Shown here: positions 23,861-35,910 of the stretch, in pieces | How positions within the stretch are numbered: the first letter of the stretch is position 1 | How the letters are laid out: the number at the start of each line of letters is the position of its first letter | Source: Spironucleus salmonicida | Taxonomy: Eukaryota | DNA: 64,000 nucleotides | NCBI RefSeq assembly: GCF_000497125.1 | Contig: NC_090596.1 | Coordinates: 806,001 to 870,000 of the forward strand | Direction of reading: 5' to 3' | The notes under the pieces: model-generated | Told to the model about the DNA's origin: nothing | What the model saw: the letters and a program-made list of their open reading frames with translations, nothing else | Databases searched by the model: none | Program-made: the position numbers and the translations under genes

Positions 23861-26499
23861 TTAGTGCATGTATAAAATAATGAGATTATTATAGTTACAT
23901 CATTAAAATATTAATAACTAACCTATTACAGTTTATTATTACAATAATTAAAGTGTGATTACTCGTGAACGATCATATGGGGTTACTTATTATTAATTTA
24001 AAAGATAAATCAATCAACAGTTGTATATAAAAGTGTCAAACGATATTATATACTTATATTGTAACTATGATAGATATTTACTGTAAATTGAAACTGTTAT
24101 TCCAGATATTTTAACTTTGTTGTATGGCATTACTATTTAATGCAATATGACCATTATGATCTATAATAGATTGATTAAATAATATTATTATGAGAAATGT
24201 TGTAAAAGATTATTAACTATAATAAATAAATTTAAAATTATATATAATCAATCTTCGCAATGGTGCTTCTAATATGAAAGTTACAAAGCAATCAATTTAA
24301 CTTTATTCAGTTGAAAGTTCTTATAATAATGAATAATAGCGAAATTAGCAAAGTATAGAACTGTTATAGACAAACTTTTTGAAAATAAATTAATTTAACA
24401 TTATCTTCACTAGAAACGATTAAATTGCATTGTGAATTAGTAATTTAGTAACTTAAAAGATTTTTTCGTATATTATATAAATATATATTATTTAACCTGT
24501 TTTTAATCAAAAATTTTGTGATAACATTTAGTATTGCCTAAATTATTTGAATTACCAATTTGTAGAATGTTAAGAAACGCAAATTGTTAATATAAAGTTT
24601 CATGAGAAATAATACATACTTTGATTATAAGTAGAACGGTTTTTCTCACATTATTATACATATTTATAAAATACTGTATATTATTAATTCGTATATTCAT
24701 TCATTTAGCCAAATTATATATATAATACTATTATTTTTTATTATGTGGTTTTAAATTTTTATGTATTTATGTTCAACAACAAACTAATAAATATATGCTG
24801 GAATGCAACAATTTTACCGTATATGTTTCTTTGATTTTGATAATATATAATTAAGTCATTATTAATAAATATTTGGAAAAGAATCATTTATTAAATGATC
24901 GTTAGAATGCTTAATTTTGATGAAGATGTAAAACCTTAAATATCAAATTATAGAAAATCTAAGCTATATTATAACAAATAAGCAGTCATAGACATCTTAG
25001 AGATATCAATACATACTAATATGGTGATAATTAAGCAGATGATTAAAAAAGCTAATACATTAAGTAATAATTGCCAAATTATCTTAGATCACATACACAA
25101 AGTATCAAAATGACATAATAAGTGAATTTATATCTATTAATAAGATAAAACTTTCTATCTAATATTAAAATGTATGATATTTAGTTAAATATTCGATCAA
25201 ATTCGATGTACACGTCATTCTGGATCTATTGTATGCTCTTCACCATCTGCTACTTATTCCGTTTCTGTCTCTTAAGCATTTACACATACCCTATAAAGTC
25301 CTTTCCCAGAAAGCTCTGCTCCTTCTGTGAGCGGAATTGGTGAACCTGTGCGTCTAATATTTCGTGATCACTTTTAAGAATCGACTAGTTTCTGCGGATA
25401 CCACATACCTGTATAGATGCACACTGGGACTATTTCCACGCGTAGATGTCCTCCGTCGAGATCCTGCCAGACTTCCCGCGTAGCGCATCTGCAATGTTAC
25501 ACGTCATGTGAGATATTACACTGCTCCTGGACTTACTCGTCCTGAGATTCTAATTCAGTATGTACAAATTAGCAAGTATATTTTTAGAGTCCGCAGTTGC
25601 CTCGAGTTCTGCATGGCTGGACGACAAGGAGCAGTTCCGCTCCGTCGAGAGTGGCGAGATAGCCTCCATAACCGGGGCACCTAACGCCTATATCGATGTC
25701 ACTGAGCAAACACCAAATCCGCCCAGCGTGCTAGACGGGTTTCGCACAAGGCGGGCGCTGGAGAGCTGCGGTTGCTGTCCCTTGAGGCGCTGCACTCGCT
25801 CTGGGGTAACTCCGCTCTGCGTCATCTGGCTGTGGGAATTTTCCTGCTACGGAGGTCCTGGCTACCGAGCAGACAGCGGCCGCCCCGAAACGCGGCGCTA
25901 AAACTGATTGGGTGCGGCCGATGTGGATATGCTCAGCTTCTTGCAGGCGTCATCAATGAAGCGCTTCTGGTGGTAGTTTGGGCCGCGGTACGGCTGGAGT
26001 GACCGGTTCTCGATGATGGCCGGCTGGGCTCTGGGAATCATTTTTGCATCTTGCACAATATAATGCATAAAGCTCTTAAATCATGAAACTGGATTTTTTG
26101 TTTCTGTGGGATGGCTGAGATTTGCAGAAATAGGCCGAAGGGATACATATGGCAGCGTAGGTCTATCTGTCGTATCTAAGAGGGCCTACGAGCGCTACCA
26201 GTCTTTCTGTATCATGTACGAAACTTGACCCAGCAGGATGACCGCTAGCTAAATCACGCCTGGCACTGCACTTTGCTGAAACTCCGACTAGTTTTCGTAC
26301 TTCAACCTGTTTGGAGGGTGCCGTATCCAGCATCGTCATACTGCCTGGCCACTTCGATGGCAAGAATCAGGGGTAGGGGGCTGCTAGAAGAGAGCTTGGG
26401 GCGCGTGCCGGACTGCCTTTACCGCCTCGCCAGTGCGCACGCAGCCTCGCCCAGCCCCTGTGGCATCCCCAAAATACCCGAACCCGGTTTCATTCTAAA

Positions 26500-26513
26500 T
26501 TTCCACTCCACGC
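26500..26513 (+). promoter_or_regulatory. C-rich promoter motif TTTCCACTCCACGC
   Basis: 3 nt before the eS12 ATG; identical 14-mer upstream of RPL12. Confidence 0.7.
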
Positions 26514-26516
26514 ACA

Positions 26517-26900
26517 ATGGCTGACCAGTTATCCTCCTTCTTCAGAAAGATCAGAGTTCACGGTAACCTCGTTTCCGGCCTCCGCCAGGTCGTCAAGGCC
26601 CTCGAAGCCAAGCAGGGCGTCAAGGTTGTCATCCTCGCCAACGACTGCAATGAGAACGCCTACAAGGCCCTCATCAAGGCTCTCTGCAAGAAGCACGGCG
26701 TCTCCATCGTCGAGAAGTTCCCCAAGAAGCAGATCGGCGAGCTCGCCGGCCAGTTCAGACTCAAGGGTACCATCTGCGAAGAGAAGACCGCCGACGCTCG
26801 TAACAAGGGTAAGATCGTCGGTGCCTCCGTCCTCGCCATCACCGACTTCGGCACCCTCACCGAGGAAGACCAGAAGTGTTTCAACGAAATGCTCCAGTGA
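26517..26900 (+). CDS. RPS12: 40S ribosomal protein S12 (eS12)
   Basis: GLRQVVKAL, LANDCNENAYKALIKALC, KIVGASV..ITDFG. Confidence 0.93.
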   Translation: MADQLSSFFRKIRVHGNLVSGLRQVVKALEAKQGVKVVILANDCNENAYKALIKALCKKHGVSIVEKFPKKQIGELAGQFRLKGTICEEKTADARNKGKIVGASVLAITDFGTLTEEDQKCFNEMLQ

Positions 26901-27106
26901 TATTAACGTGATAGTTTTTGACTAGAGGACCGTTACCAGGTTGCCTATGTATTTATTTTTAATAATAGCTATCTAACCTCTGTTTTATATTAATTCTCTA
27001 AGTATATTTTAAGTTGTTGTAACTATTATTTTAGATTCTTTAATTCACTTATCGTTATTATATAATAATATTACATATTTCCACTCCATTTTTCACTCCA
27101 CTTACA

Positions 27107-27472
27107 ATGACAGATTCAAGAATAACTATTTCTGCTAAATCGATACAGGACGACGTCCTCGCCATCGTGAAGCAGGCGAAAACTATCAACCGCATTGCAC
27201 GGGGCATAAACGAGTGCACTAAGCAGGCCGCAAAATCACGTACCAGACTCGTTGTTATTGCTGCTGACGCAGTACCGATTGAAATAGCACTCCACCTTCC
27301 AGAACTATGCGAGGACAAAGGAATTATCTGTGTTTTCGTCAACTCGAGAGTCGAGCTTGGCCGTGCGTGCGGTTTGGGAAGACCAGCCGTTGCCTGCTGT
27401 ATCAAAAACGCCAACAAAGAAACTCCTTTGGACAAAAAGGTTGCTGAGGTGATACTCAAGATCGAGATGTGA
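27107..27472 (+). CDS. SNU13: Snu13/15.5K (L7Ae family) snoRNP protein
   Basis: RGINECTK, IAADAVPIEIALHLPELCEDK, ELGRACGLGRP. Confidence 0.85.
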   Translation: MTDSRITISAKSIQDDVLAIVKQAKTINRIARGINECTKQAAKSRTRLVVIAADAVPIEIALHLPELCEDKGIICVFVNSRVELGRACGLGRPAVACCIKNANKETPLDKKVAEVILKIEM

Positions 27473-28669
27473 TTGGTTTTGTTATTATTATGGGCAACGT
27501 GGCAAATATGTTTGATAACACTTTTTCCACATTAGTGCGAATGGGTGAATTACTATATGTTCTTATAAGTTAATTCCGAAAACGCAAAGTTTCGCAAAAT
27601 ATGCAATTCACTCATTGGCGCACCTCACCCCGCAGCGCTGCTGTAAGCTATCCCACAAAGCCCTGGAACGGCACCTGTTTAGCCTGCAGCCGTTTCAGCA
27701 GCTTCAGCAGCCCAGCGACGCCCATCCCACTATCGCTTTGACGCGCCTACGTGTAGGCAGCCCAGAATACTGCCAGCTCCCAGATTTCGTCGTGGTCTCT
27801 CAGAAGTAGCGACCGTTACAGCTGGTTTGCCTTCAAAACCGGTAGGGAGTGCTGCTTAGTATGTTACAAAATACCGATCATTATGTCGAGCAGGTCATCT
27901 GGGGTATATGGCGGGGGTCCCGGGGCGCTGCTCGTTTGAATGTTGTGTTCGCAGGTGTGGGTGTCAGATTGTTGAGGGGTTTTCCGGATTTCGCACATGT
28001 AGATGGAGCGGAGTGAATAAACATTAGTAAGGATAAAGTTTAGTGAGTGATGGTTCGGGGAAGTGAGATTTTAGGATATAGAAATTTCCGATTCGGTAGA
28101 TAAAATTTTGATCGGAAAATATTTATTAGTAACTAGTTTGATCTGTAAGTATATCAATATTATATTTTTAGAAATTGTATATGTTGTTTGCTATGTAAAA
28201 ATAGGGTTGGTTAAATGGGTTTCTCCGGACGGAACCTAGTAAAGTGGAGATTTAAATAGTGTTAATGAACAGTCATATCGCTATGTCGACGAGAAACGAT
28301 TTTTATATATGGAAACTAAGAAAAGTACTTTAAATGAAAGTAGAAACAAAGTTGAGATAAACAAAGGAATCATTTCGTTGATGAGATATCGGATGTTTAC
28401 ATTTAGTATGTGAATATTATGTTTATAGAGTTTCGTATAGAATCACTTTTTTCTAATTATTATTCGGATTTAATTATCATATTAATTTGCAATTGATAGC
28501 TGAATATTCGTAACAATGATAAAGTAAAATCATATAATGATTTGAATGTCGTGCTAAGTGATAAAAATAAAAATCAGATATAGATAGGCGTTTTGTTGGA
28601 TAGTTACTAACTTTATATATAAGTTTATTTAACCAATCCTTTGATAAAATACTACAAATACTATTTTAT

Positions 28670-28894
28670 TCACTGATTACACTTTGTAATTTCTTAAATG
28701 AGAGTTTTAGTCAACGAAGCACAATCATTTAATTTCTAAATTACTGCTTAGATCTAAGTTACGCAATCCAGTTCGAGAAAGTCTTTTGGGAATTAATTTA
28801 CATATTATGCAATTTAGTCTGGAGAATCTGGTTCCGTCAAATTAATCCTTTTCTCGACATTTTCTAAAATCTATATAACTTGCTCGATTTCCAT
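28670..28894 (-). CDS. Small hypothetical protein (74 aa)
   Basis: AAAAATG start, ends CAGTGA. Confidence 0.55.
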
Positions 28895-28935
28895 TTTTCG
28901 AATTTTTACTATATAATTATATAATATTAAAGTGA

Positions 28936-29217
28936 TCATTCATCAGTTTCAGCAAATTCAGCCTTTTTGATTTATTTAGCTATCAATTTTTTCTCATATA
29001 TAGCAATAAGCTTATGTACCTTCTCAAATGCAGCAAAATCTTCCTCTTAGATTGTATAATTCGAAGGCCCCTTGAGTGCAAGAAGTCTTACATCTTTTGG
29101 TCGTTTTACTAGTCTTTCTGAATGATTTTATATATAAAAACACCGTGAGTTTATGAATTCCGTAATATAGTAAGGTCTTCCTTCAAATAAAACAAGGTTT
29201 CCTACTAGGAACGGCAT
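28936..29217 (-). CDS. Hypothetical protein (93 aa), weak resemblance to KOW/eL14
   Basis: MPFLVGNLVLFEGRPYYITEFIN...AKQIKKAE; open in code 6. Confidence 0.55.
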
Positions 29218-29281
29218 TTGTGAAATGGAAAAACTTATATTATATTATAATACTCAAATAAATTTCTAAAACTTTCCTTTG

Positions 29282-29797
29282 ATGGAAAATTCCAACCCAT
29301 AACCTGACTATGATGATATCCTTAATAATTATCCATTTGAGTAAGTATAAGGACACTTTATACCATATTTTGACATATTATTGAATCCTAATATTAACAA
29401 TGATAATGCATAATATTAATAAATTAGAGCATAGGTACTGGCTGACTTAGTTATTTATTTTACTGAGCTTTATGAAGAATAATAAATTTGTTAAATTTCT
29501 AGTCTATCCTGTTCAGTTATTAAAGGGGAATAATAGCATGATGCTTAAGTCAATTAAGAATTAGTTGAAATTAGATTGAGAAACGCTCTTTTAGAAACAA
29601 TAGTTAAGGAAGTAGATAAAGATACCTTTGATGCAGGAGTTATTAAAGCAACATTGTCTGGAAAAATATAACCTGGTAAGTCATGTACAGACGCTGTAGT
29701 TGATCTTGTATTGGAGAATAGATGCTTAGAATCAGAAAATGAAAAGCTACGGTAAATGGTTAATCAGTTATAATTATAACTGCACAAAGGTATCTGA
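29282..29797 (+). CDS. Hypothetical protein (171 aa)
   Basis: Open in code 6, coiled-coil-like C-terminus. Confidence 0.6.
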
Positions 29798-30013
29798 ATG
29801 TTTTACTTCTCAGTATTATATTTTGTAAAACTAAGATAATTAAAGTTAATGTAATAATAATGCTTAATCTATCAAATTATACTATTTTTATCCTAAGAAA
29901 ATTTATCATCGTAAACCTTTATTGACATAAAAAGCTTAATTAAAATTGGAAATGTAATAATAATTGTAACTTAAGCAAAGCCAATTTATCATAAAAATAA
30001 AAACCTGAATCAT

Positions 30014-30460
30014 TCAAATTTTAGCTGTGAAGTTATTGACAAATCCCACAACCATAGCTTCTGGATCATCACCACCGTCAGTATCGCACTTAATAGTGTC
30101 TTATATCTTGATACCACCAGCTTTGGCAAAACATTCCTCAGCCATCTGAGAGGCAGCATTAAAATTTTCAAAACTGGTACTTCCAAGACCAAAAACAGCA
30201 AATTTTTATCCTTTAATAACAGAAACAAAGCTATTCTGTGCAGCAAAAAATTCATCTGCTATCAATGCGACAGCAGGGTGCTCACCATCGTTGTAAGTAG
30301 AAGTGAGGTAGATAAAAGATTATTAGAACATCTCAGGAGTAGCAGAATCAGCAGGTGATAATGTGACCTTCAAGCCAGCTTTAGTTAATAAGCCTTTGGC
30401 AATATTGGCAACGCCTTCTGTGGTTCCTGTTTCGGTAGCGTATATAACTGATACGGACAT
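30014..30460 (-). CDS. Stand-alone flavodoxin (148 aa)
   Basis: IYATETGTTE FMN loop, TSTYNDGEHP, FAVFGLGSTSFENFN. Confidence 0.9.
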
Positions 30461-31261
30461 TAAGGAGAGGATTTCTGCTAAGACGCTTTATAAGTAATTT
30501 TAGTATGGTTAGAATTGTATACAAAACTATACAAGTGCATATACAAAATTGAGAGTTTATTATTGAAAATCCTATTATATTATAACATAATATGTAAATT
30601 TAGTATTGTAGCGTTAAGTAGAATATAGTGATAAATACAACCTGCTAAATATATTTTATCGCTATTTACATGTTTCGAAAATTAAATATAGTTTTTGAAA
30701 GTCTACAATGCAAATATTAAAAAACACTAATCAGAGATCTTATTTCAACTGTTAATTCACATCTTAGATAGAAACTGAGTATTAGTTATTACCTAATCTA
30801 AATTAGACATTAAAATTATTTTTAGGTAATGAATTTATATGTGCAAAAAATTTCTACCCACACACGATAAATAGACTGCGACTAATACCCCTATAGCGAA
30901 AATCTAACGCCTTTTATGAAAAGAGCAATGTATATTGCTTGCTATCTATAAATTTCCTTTCTAATTATGAACTTTACCTTATTAGCATAAATTAGCTAAA
31001 CCTAACCCCAATCAACCAACAGCACTAATACTTATATTATCCCTACTTTATTTCACATTGTTTTCACTCCAAAAACAAAATTTCTTTTTACTTCCTAATT
31101 AAGCTAATACTCGTGCACCATCTATCATCATATCGACTGCAATTTTTCACAAATCCTACCACCATACAAGCAATATCCCCAAAAACTAGCTAAAGAAACT
31201 GAAACAAATCAACTCATTCACCATATAATATCATCGGATAGAAAACATCCTCTTCCCTAAA

Positions 31262-31498
31262 ATGCTGAAACTCAATCTCCGCAGCATGAGCCAGAAGCTC
31301 ATCACAACGCCGGCGACCTCCTCGCGGTAGCCAATTTCTGCGCGGTAATAACAATCTTTGATCGACAAGCTAGAGATCAACATCCACGTAAACATCATAC
31401 ACACGAAGCAAATGCATAAAAAAGCCAACTTTCTGATATCGAAACTAGAACAGTTGCAGCACGACATCAATAGGGAAAATTAGGGTCATCTGTAGTGA
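31262..31498 (+). CDS. Small hypothetical protein (78 aa), paralogue of 49285
   Basis: MLKLNL..TP..SSRQPISARQQQSLIDKLEINIHVNII; ends TAGTGA. Confidence 0.7.
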
Positions 31499-32885
31499 GT
31501 TTCTTCGTCTAAATACTCAACTTCACGTAGCGGCGTGGAACCTGTAGATTTTGGCAGAGAATTTTGCTTAACACAAGATCGGAGATAGAGGTTTTTAGAT
31601 GAGCTGACGGGAATTGTTCGGTTTATTTCCATGAAAACTTGCAGACAATTTAGGAAACAGCAACGTTATAAGCAGTGAGTTAGCAAGTTCCATATGGATA
31701 GTTACTAGAATGTCATTTCGAACTAATCTGCTATAGGATAACGATTAGCTTATTACCTTTACGTGTGTAGTTAAATGCACTAGATCTGCCAATTCTAATT
31801 ATTAATGTTTCATGGATGTGGTGCAGTAGGTGAACATGTAACGTAAATTTATCAAATGGGTTCCCTTGTAGTATAAAGAAAGGAAATTAGGCAGCTTTAG
31901 TGTCTTTATTACTTCGTTAGTAAACCTGTAATATCTCTCAAAACTTCTGTTATGGCCCTGATAAGCCCGTTTTGAAGCTAAAAAATATACGACTGAACCC
32001 TCCCAAATCATCTGAAGTCTCTACAGCTTAATACTGAATGAAATATTCATAAAACTACTAAAATCTCATATACTCATTCGTCCAATCGCTAGTTGATGTC
32101 TATTTCATTCAATAGGCTCATTATGGTCTTCGATACTGACTGATCGATTGAGGACTTCATGAACGAGTGGCTATCGTTATCTAGAAAATTGCAGGAGATG
32201 GTCGATTCCAGCGGTGTCAGATAGTGCGAGGAGTCTTGTGTCGAGTCTTGGCATGAAACGCTCTATTTTATGTACTTCGGGCTTTACCGCTGATGAAATT
32301 TGAGGGTTAAAATATTGAGATCGATACAGTCAATATCGCTGTTGCAAACTATAACTGGCGCAAACAGTTCTTGCTCAACTCTGGAGCTCAGTTGAGTACC
32401 CATTATAATGGTAAATATTATTTAACACTTATTATATATAGGGTAAATGGTTTGAAGAAAAATACAGTATGTACTTAATAATATAAATATAGGAAAATCT
32501 TTCTGTTGTTAGTGTAAAAATTGTCTCATAATTATTTGGTTGAGTATAATAAACAAGCTGTAAATGGTTTTAAGTTAAAATCTTCAAAAAGAGGTTTTAA
32601 GAAATTCTAGTAAAGATTTAAAAATAAATTATTTTAGAATAAGTGATTTTTTAGGGTTGTATATCTAAGAATTAATTATTATAGTAAATTTATGAAGGAA
32701 AGTACATTTCCGTACATGTTAAATTGAGTTTTTGTTTATATTATTATCGCTTATATTAAAACTTAATAAAGACTTTTTAATAAATATTAATTGGTTTCAG
32801 ATACGTATTTATTTATAATATGAGTATAAATTTAATAAATTTAAATTACTATAAATAGTATATAAATATTAAACATTTCCTAAGT

Positions 32886-33098
32886 ATGGGAAAAACAAGC
32901 TCAAGTGTTATCTAGAATATTGAGCAATAAGTTGATTCAAATTTTGGATCATTTAGTTGTTTAAATTAAACTTATAAAGAATCTCCAAAGATCACAGCAA
33001 ATGATAAATCGATTGGTAAAATATATGTATAAATAAAGTTTTAAATAGAATAACCTTAAGTATTTGAGCCTCTCCTTTTTAAGCAAGTTACTTAATGA
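32886..33098 (+). CDS. MG..DxxFG micro-protein (70 aa)
   Basis: MGKTSSSVIQNIEQQVDSNFGS. Confidence 0.5.
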
Positions 33099-34057
33099 AT
33101 CTATGATTAATGATAATTAAAAAATCATATATAGTCGAATAAATTGTTTCATTCACAAAAATCACGATAAAACTGCCTATCATGTTATAAACTTCTAGAT
33201 TTTTCTTGATTAAAATGATATATAATTCTAGGTATTCTAAGCATGCAGTTAAATTAAAATGTAATAGCAGTTTGCTGCGTATTTAACTTATGTAACTATA
33301 ATGTAGTAAAAATATCAACCGGTTTGTTTTCTTAATGTACATTCAAATATTTTATTTTTCTTGGTGTAAGTAAGAAGCTAGTATCAGGGATAATTGCAGG
33401 CATCTAATGCAATCTCTTGGACGCACAGAACATTTTTATTATTTTTGTAATGTTTAATAGTTAGACGGTATATTAACTTACTCTGATAAGAAAAATAAAT
33501 CTAAAATAAGTATATGCATATTTAATGGGATAACTTATTTCTAATTCAATAATGAAAACATTGAGCATTAGTTTTTGATCTTAATATAAATAACTTTTTT
33601 ATTATAGTTTTTTATTTTTTAATTATAAATATTATGCATGAAAATATCTGATTACTAAGAATTTGTTGTTCATTTTAAGTTAGCTATCAAACCAAAAAAA
33701 ATATTAATATATTCTATTTTTATACGTAATTATTACGGATCTTTGATGCCTTGTTTCTTGATACCATAATGTTATTTCAACAACTACCAATTTATGAATA
33801 TTTTTCTAGTCAATAAAAAATGAAAGAAACATTCATAATACTTTTTTTGAATGTAATTTTATTTATGAATATGAACTGAGAATACTAATGCTAACTTCAC
33901 TAATATATGTTAGTTCATCTTTTTATACTAATAGTAAAATTACTAACTAACGCAATATTGATTAATAAAAATGGTATTATAAGATTTCATTCAATACCCT
34001 ACTTATAGATAAAATATATTTTTAACCTCCGTAATCTAAATAAATATATCAATTAGA

Positions 34058-34648
34058 TCACTCTAATTCCCGCTTACGTCCTCTCTTCTCTACTTCTTTA
34101 AGCCGCTTTTTTACTAGATCATTTTGATAAGCACTGATAAAATACTCAAAAAACTCTCCTTTTCCCATTGCATTTAAACTTCTCTCTAGTACATATAAAT
34201 CTACTGCTAAATCTTCAACTGATGTTTTCCCACGTTGGGCTAGACCAAAATCTATGATAATAGCTTTTTAGCCATCGAAAAGAACATTAGAAGGCGTGAG
34301 ATCATTGTGTACTATCTGTAGATCGTGTAACTATGATATTACTTATGCTAAGGAAATAAGAGCATTTTTAGATTCTTCATTTTTGTTTTCATTTAAAATG
34401 GATGTAAGCTATGGAAAATCTAAAAACTCCATTACAATAGTATCATCATTGTAAGAAATCATTATAGGTGCGCTTATACCGCGCTCGTTGAGGATCTGGA
34501 GAATCTTGGCCTCGCCCTTGGTCCTGCGCGCCCGGTGCCTCTGGTCTATGGTGGGGTGCTTGTACTTCTTGGAGAAGCGCGTCTTCACTATCTGGTTGTG
34601 CTCGTTGAGCAGGATCTTGGACTCGGCGCCCTGGAACACGACCTTCAT
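34058..34648 (-). CDS. BUD32: KEOPS kinase Bud32/PRPK (196 aa)
   Basis: QGAES, KYKHPTID, HNDLTPSN, IDFGL, EDLAVDLYVLERSL, C-terminal RGRKR; ends GAGTGA. Confidence 0.93.
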
Positions 34649-34814
34649 TCTTGGGACGGGAGGAAGTGGTATATTATGCAGGAGTCTGCACTTTGCGGAA
34701 GGGTACCCCTAGTACTTTCAGGCAGAATGCCCCATCGCCCCCAACGCGGGGCAGCTCCAGAGGCGGCGCAGAGGCAAGAGGCCCAATTCCATTCCACTCT
34801 TCGCCCTCCCTAAA
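34649..34814. promoter_or_regulatory. Bidirectional promoter between Bud32 and the eRF1-like gene
   Basis: 166 bp head-to-head spacer with TATATTAT and C-rich motifs facing both ATGs (TTCCATTCCACTC near 34786). Confidence 0.6.
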
Positions 34815-35747
34815 ATGGGAGAGTCCGCGTACTTCTCGGCCTAGGTCAGACGCCTGCTGCAGCACCTGAACCAGGTGCACACCTCAGAGGACAGGATGCT
34901 CTCGATAGTAACCACCAATTGCTGGTTCAACGTCTACTACGAGCTCCAGGACGCCTTCAAGGGCTCCAAGGGCTCCAAGGACGGCCAGTAGAAGGGCCTG
35001 TACAGGACCGCCATGGCGCTGACCGAGGGACACTATCAGCGCACAAACCAGAACGGACAGTTCATCTTCGTTGGCACCGTCGCGGGGCACGACTTCGCCT
35101 TCAGCTACGAGCCGGACGCCAAGATTGACTGCCGCGGCAGCCACCGCTTCATGAAGTGCGAGACTCAGTTCCGGGCAGACTTCTACGACTACCTGGGGGA
35201 CGCCCAGCGCACCGCGATCTGCATCTTTGGCAACCAGACCGTACGAATGTTCACGCACGAGTTCGGCAGATTCGCCGTGGAGGAGCGGGCCATCAAGAAG
35301 GGCGCCAAGAGCCAGCAGCAGGTCATCCAGCTGTTCCAGGAATGGAGCGCGGTCTACACCAACATCCAGTGCCCCGGGGCCGCCTTCGTCGCGGGGGAGA
35401 ACCTGGATGACTTCCTGGCGGCCATCCCCGAGTTCAGCGTGCAGAGGGACCTGGTGCTCCGGGCCGCGACTCTGGACGGCGGGGTGGTTTTCGGGCCAGA
35501 GGCGGTCCTGGCGTGCGCGTTCGAGGGAAACTACACCTAGATCGCGATCAGCACGGCGCTCCTGACCCACTACACTGTCCTGAGTGAGGATGGCCAGGCG
35601 AACCTCAAGTACATGTACGAGGGCGAGTTCTATGGTCAGTACCTCCTGGAGTAGTGCGGTGCCGTGCTGGTCTCCAGCGGATGGCAGGAGGGCGATGCAT
35701 TTTTCGAAGAGTACAGAGGGATTTGCTGCTGGAAAAAATATGATTGA
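34815..35747 (+). CDS. Highly divergent eRF1-like protein (310 aa) lacking GTS, NIKS and GGQ
   Basis: Colinear similarity to eRF1 across the N, M and C domains (see findings); four in-frame TAG read as Gln. Confidence 0.75.
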
Positions 35748-35910
35748 ATGAATTCGCCTTAGTAACAGGAATTCATTCCTATGCGTGTAGTTTATTTGAA
35801 TAAACTATCGATTTGTTGGTTTTATGTAAGAATATAGTGTGTTTTGCTAATGACATTTTTAATAATTTTTCTTATATTACGAGACAGATTCTATAATACT
35901 ACTCTTTTAT

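Larger units (their letters stand above)
25184..26958. repeat. Direct duplicon matching 54065-55839 (1.3 kb non-coding + eS12)
   Basis: Constant offset of 28881 with scattered substitutions. Confidence 0.95.
34472..35747. repeat. Direct duplicon matching 52168-53443 (Bud32 5' part + eRF1-like gene)
   Basis: Constant offset of 17696; identity ends at the eRF1-like TGA. Confidence 0.95.

Noticed and set aside
24190-24435. AT-rich short ORF, and similar ones near 8428, 13560-13860, 21566, 28190 and 50236
   Set aside because: Indistinguishable from chance ORFs in code 6
25560-25907. ORF upstream of eS12
   Set aside because: Interrupted by TGA in the duplicate copy and no codon bias
31523-32050. 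Minus-strand open frame of about 175 codons
   Set aside because: No motif, AGTGA end or paralogue support
34815-35747. Calling the eRF1-like gene Pelota/Dom34
   Set aside because: Its N-terminal part aligns with the eRF1 N domain (MLSIV, NG..IFVGT, EP, CxxxF), whereas Pelota has an Sm-like N domain; a profile search is still needed to confirm
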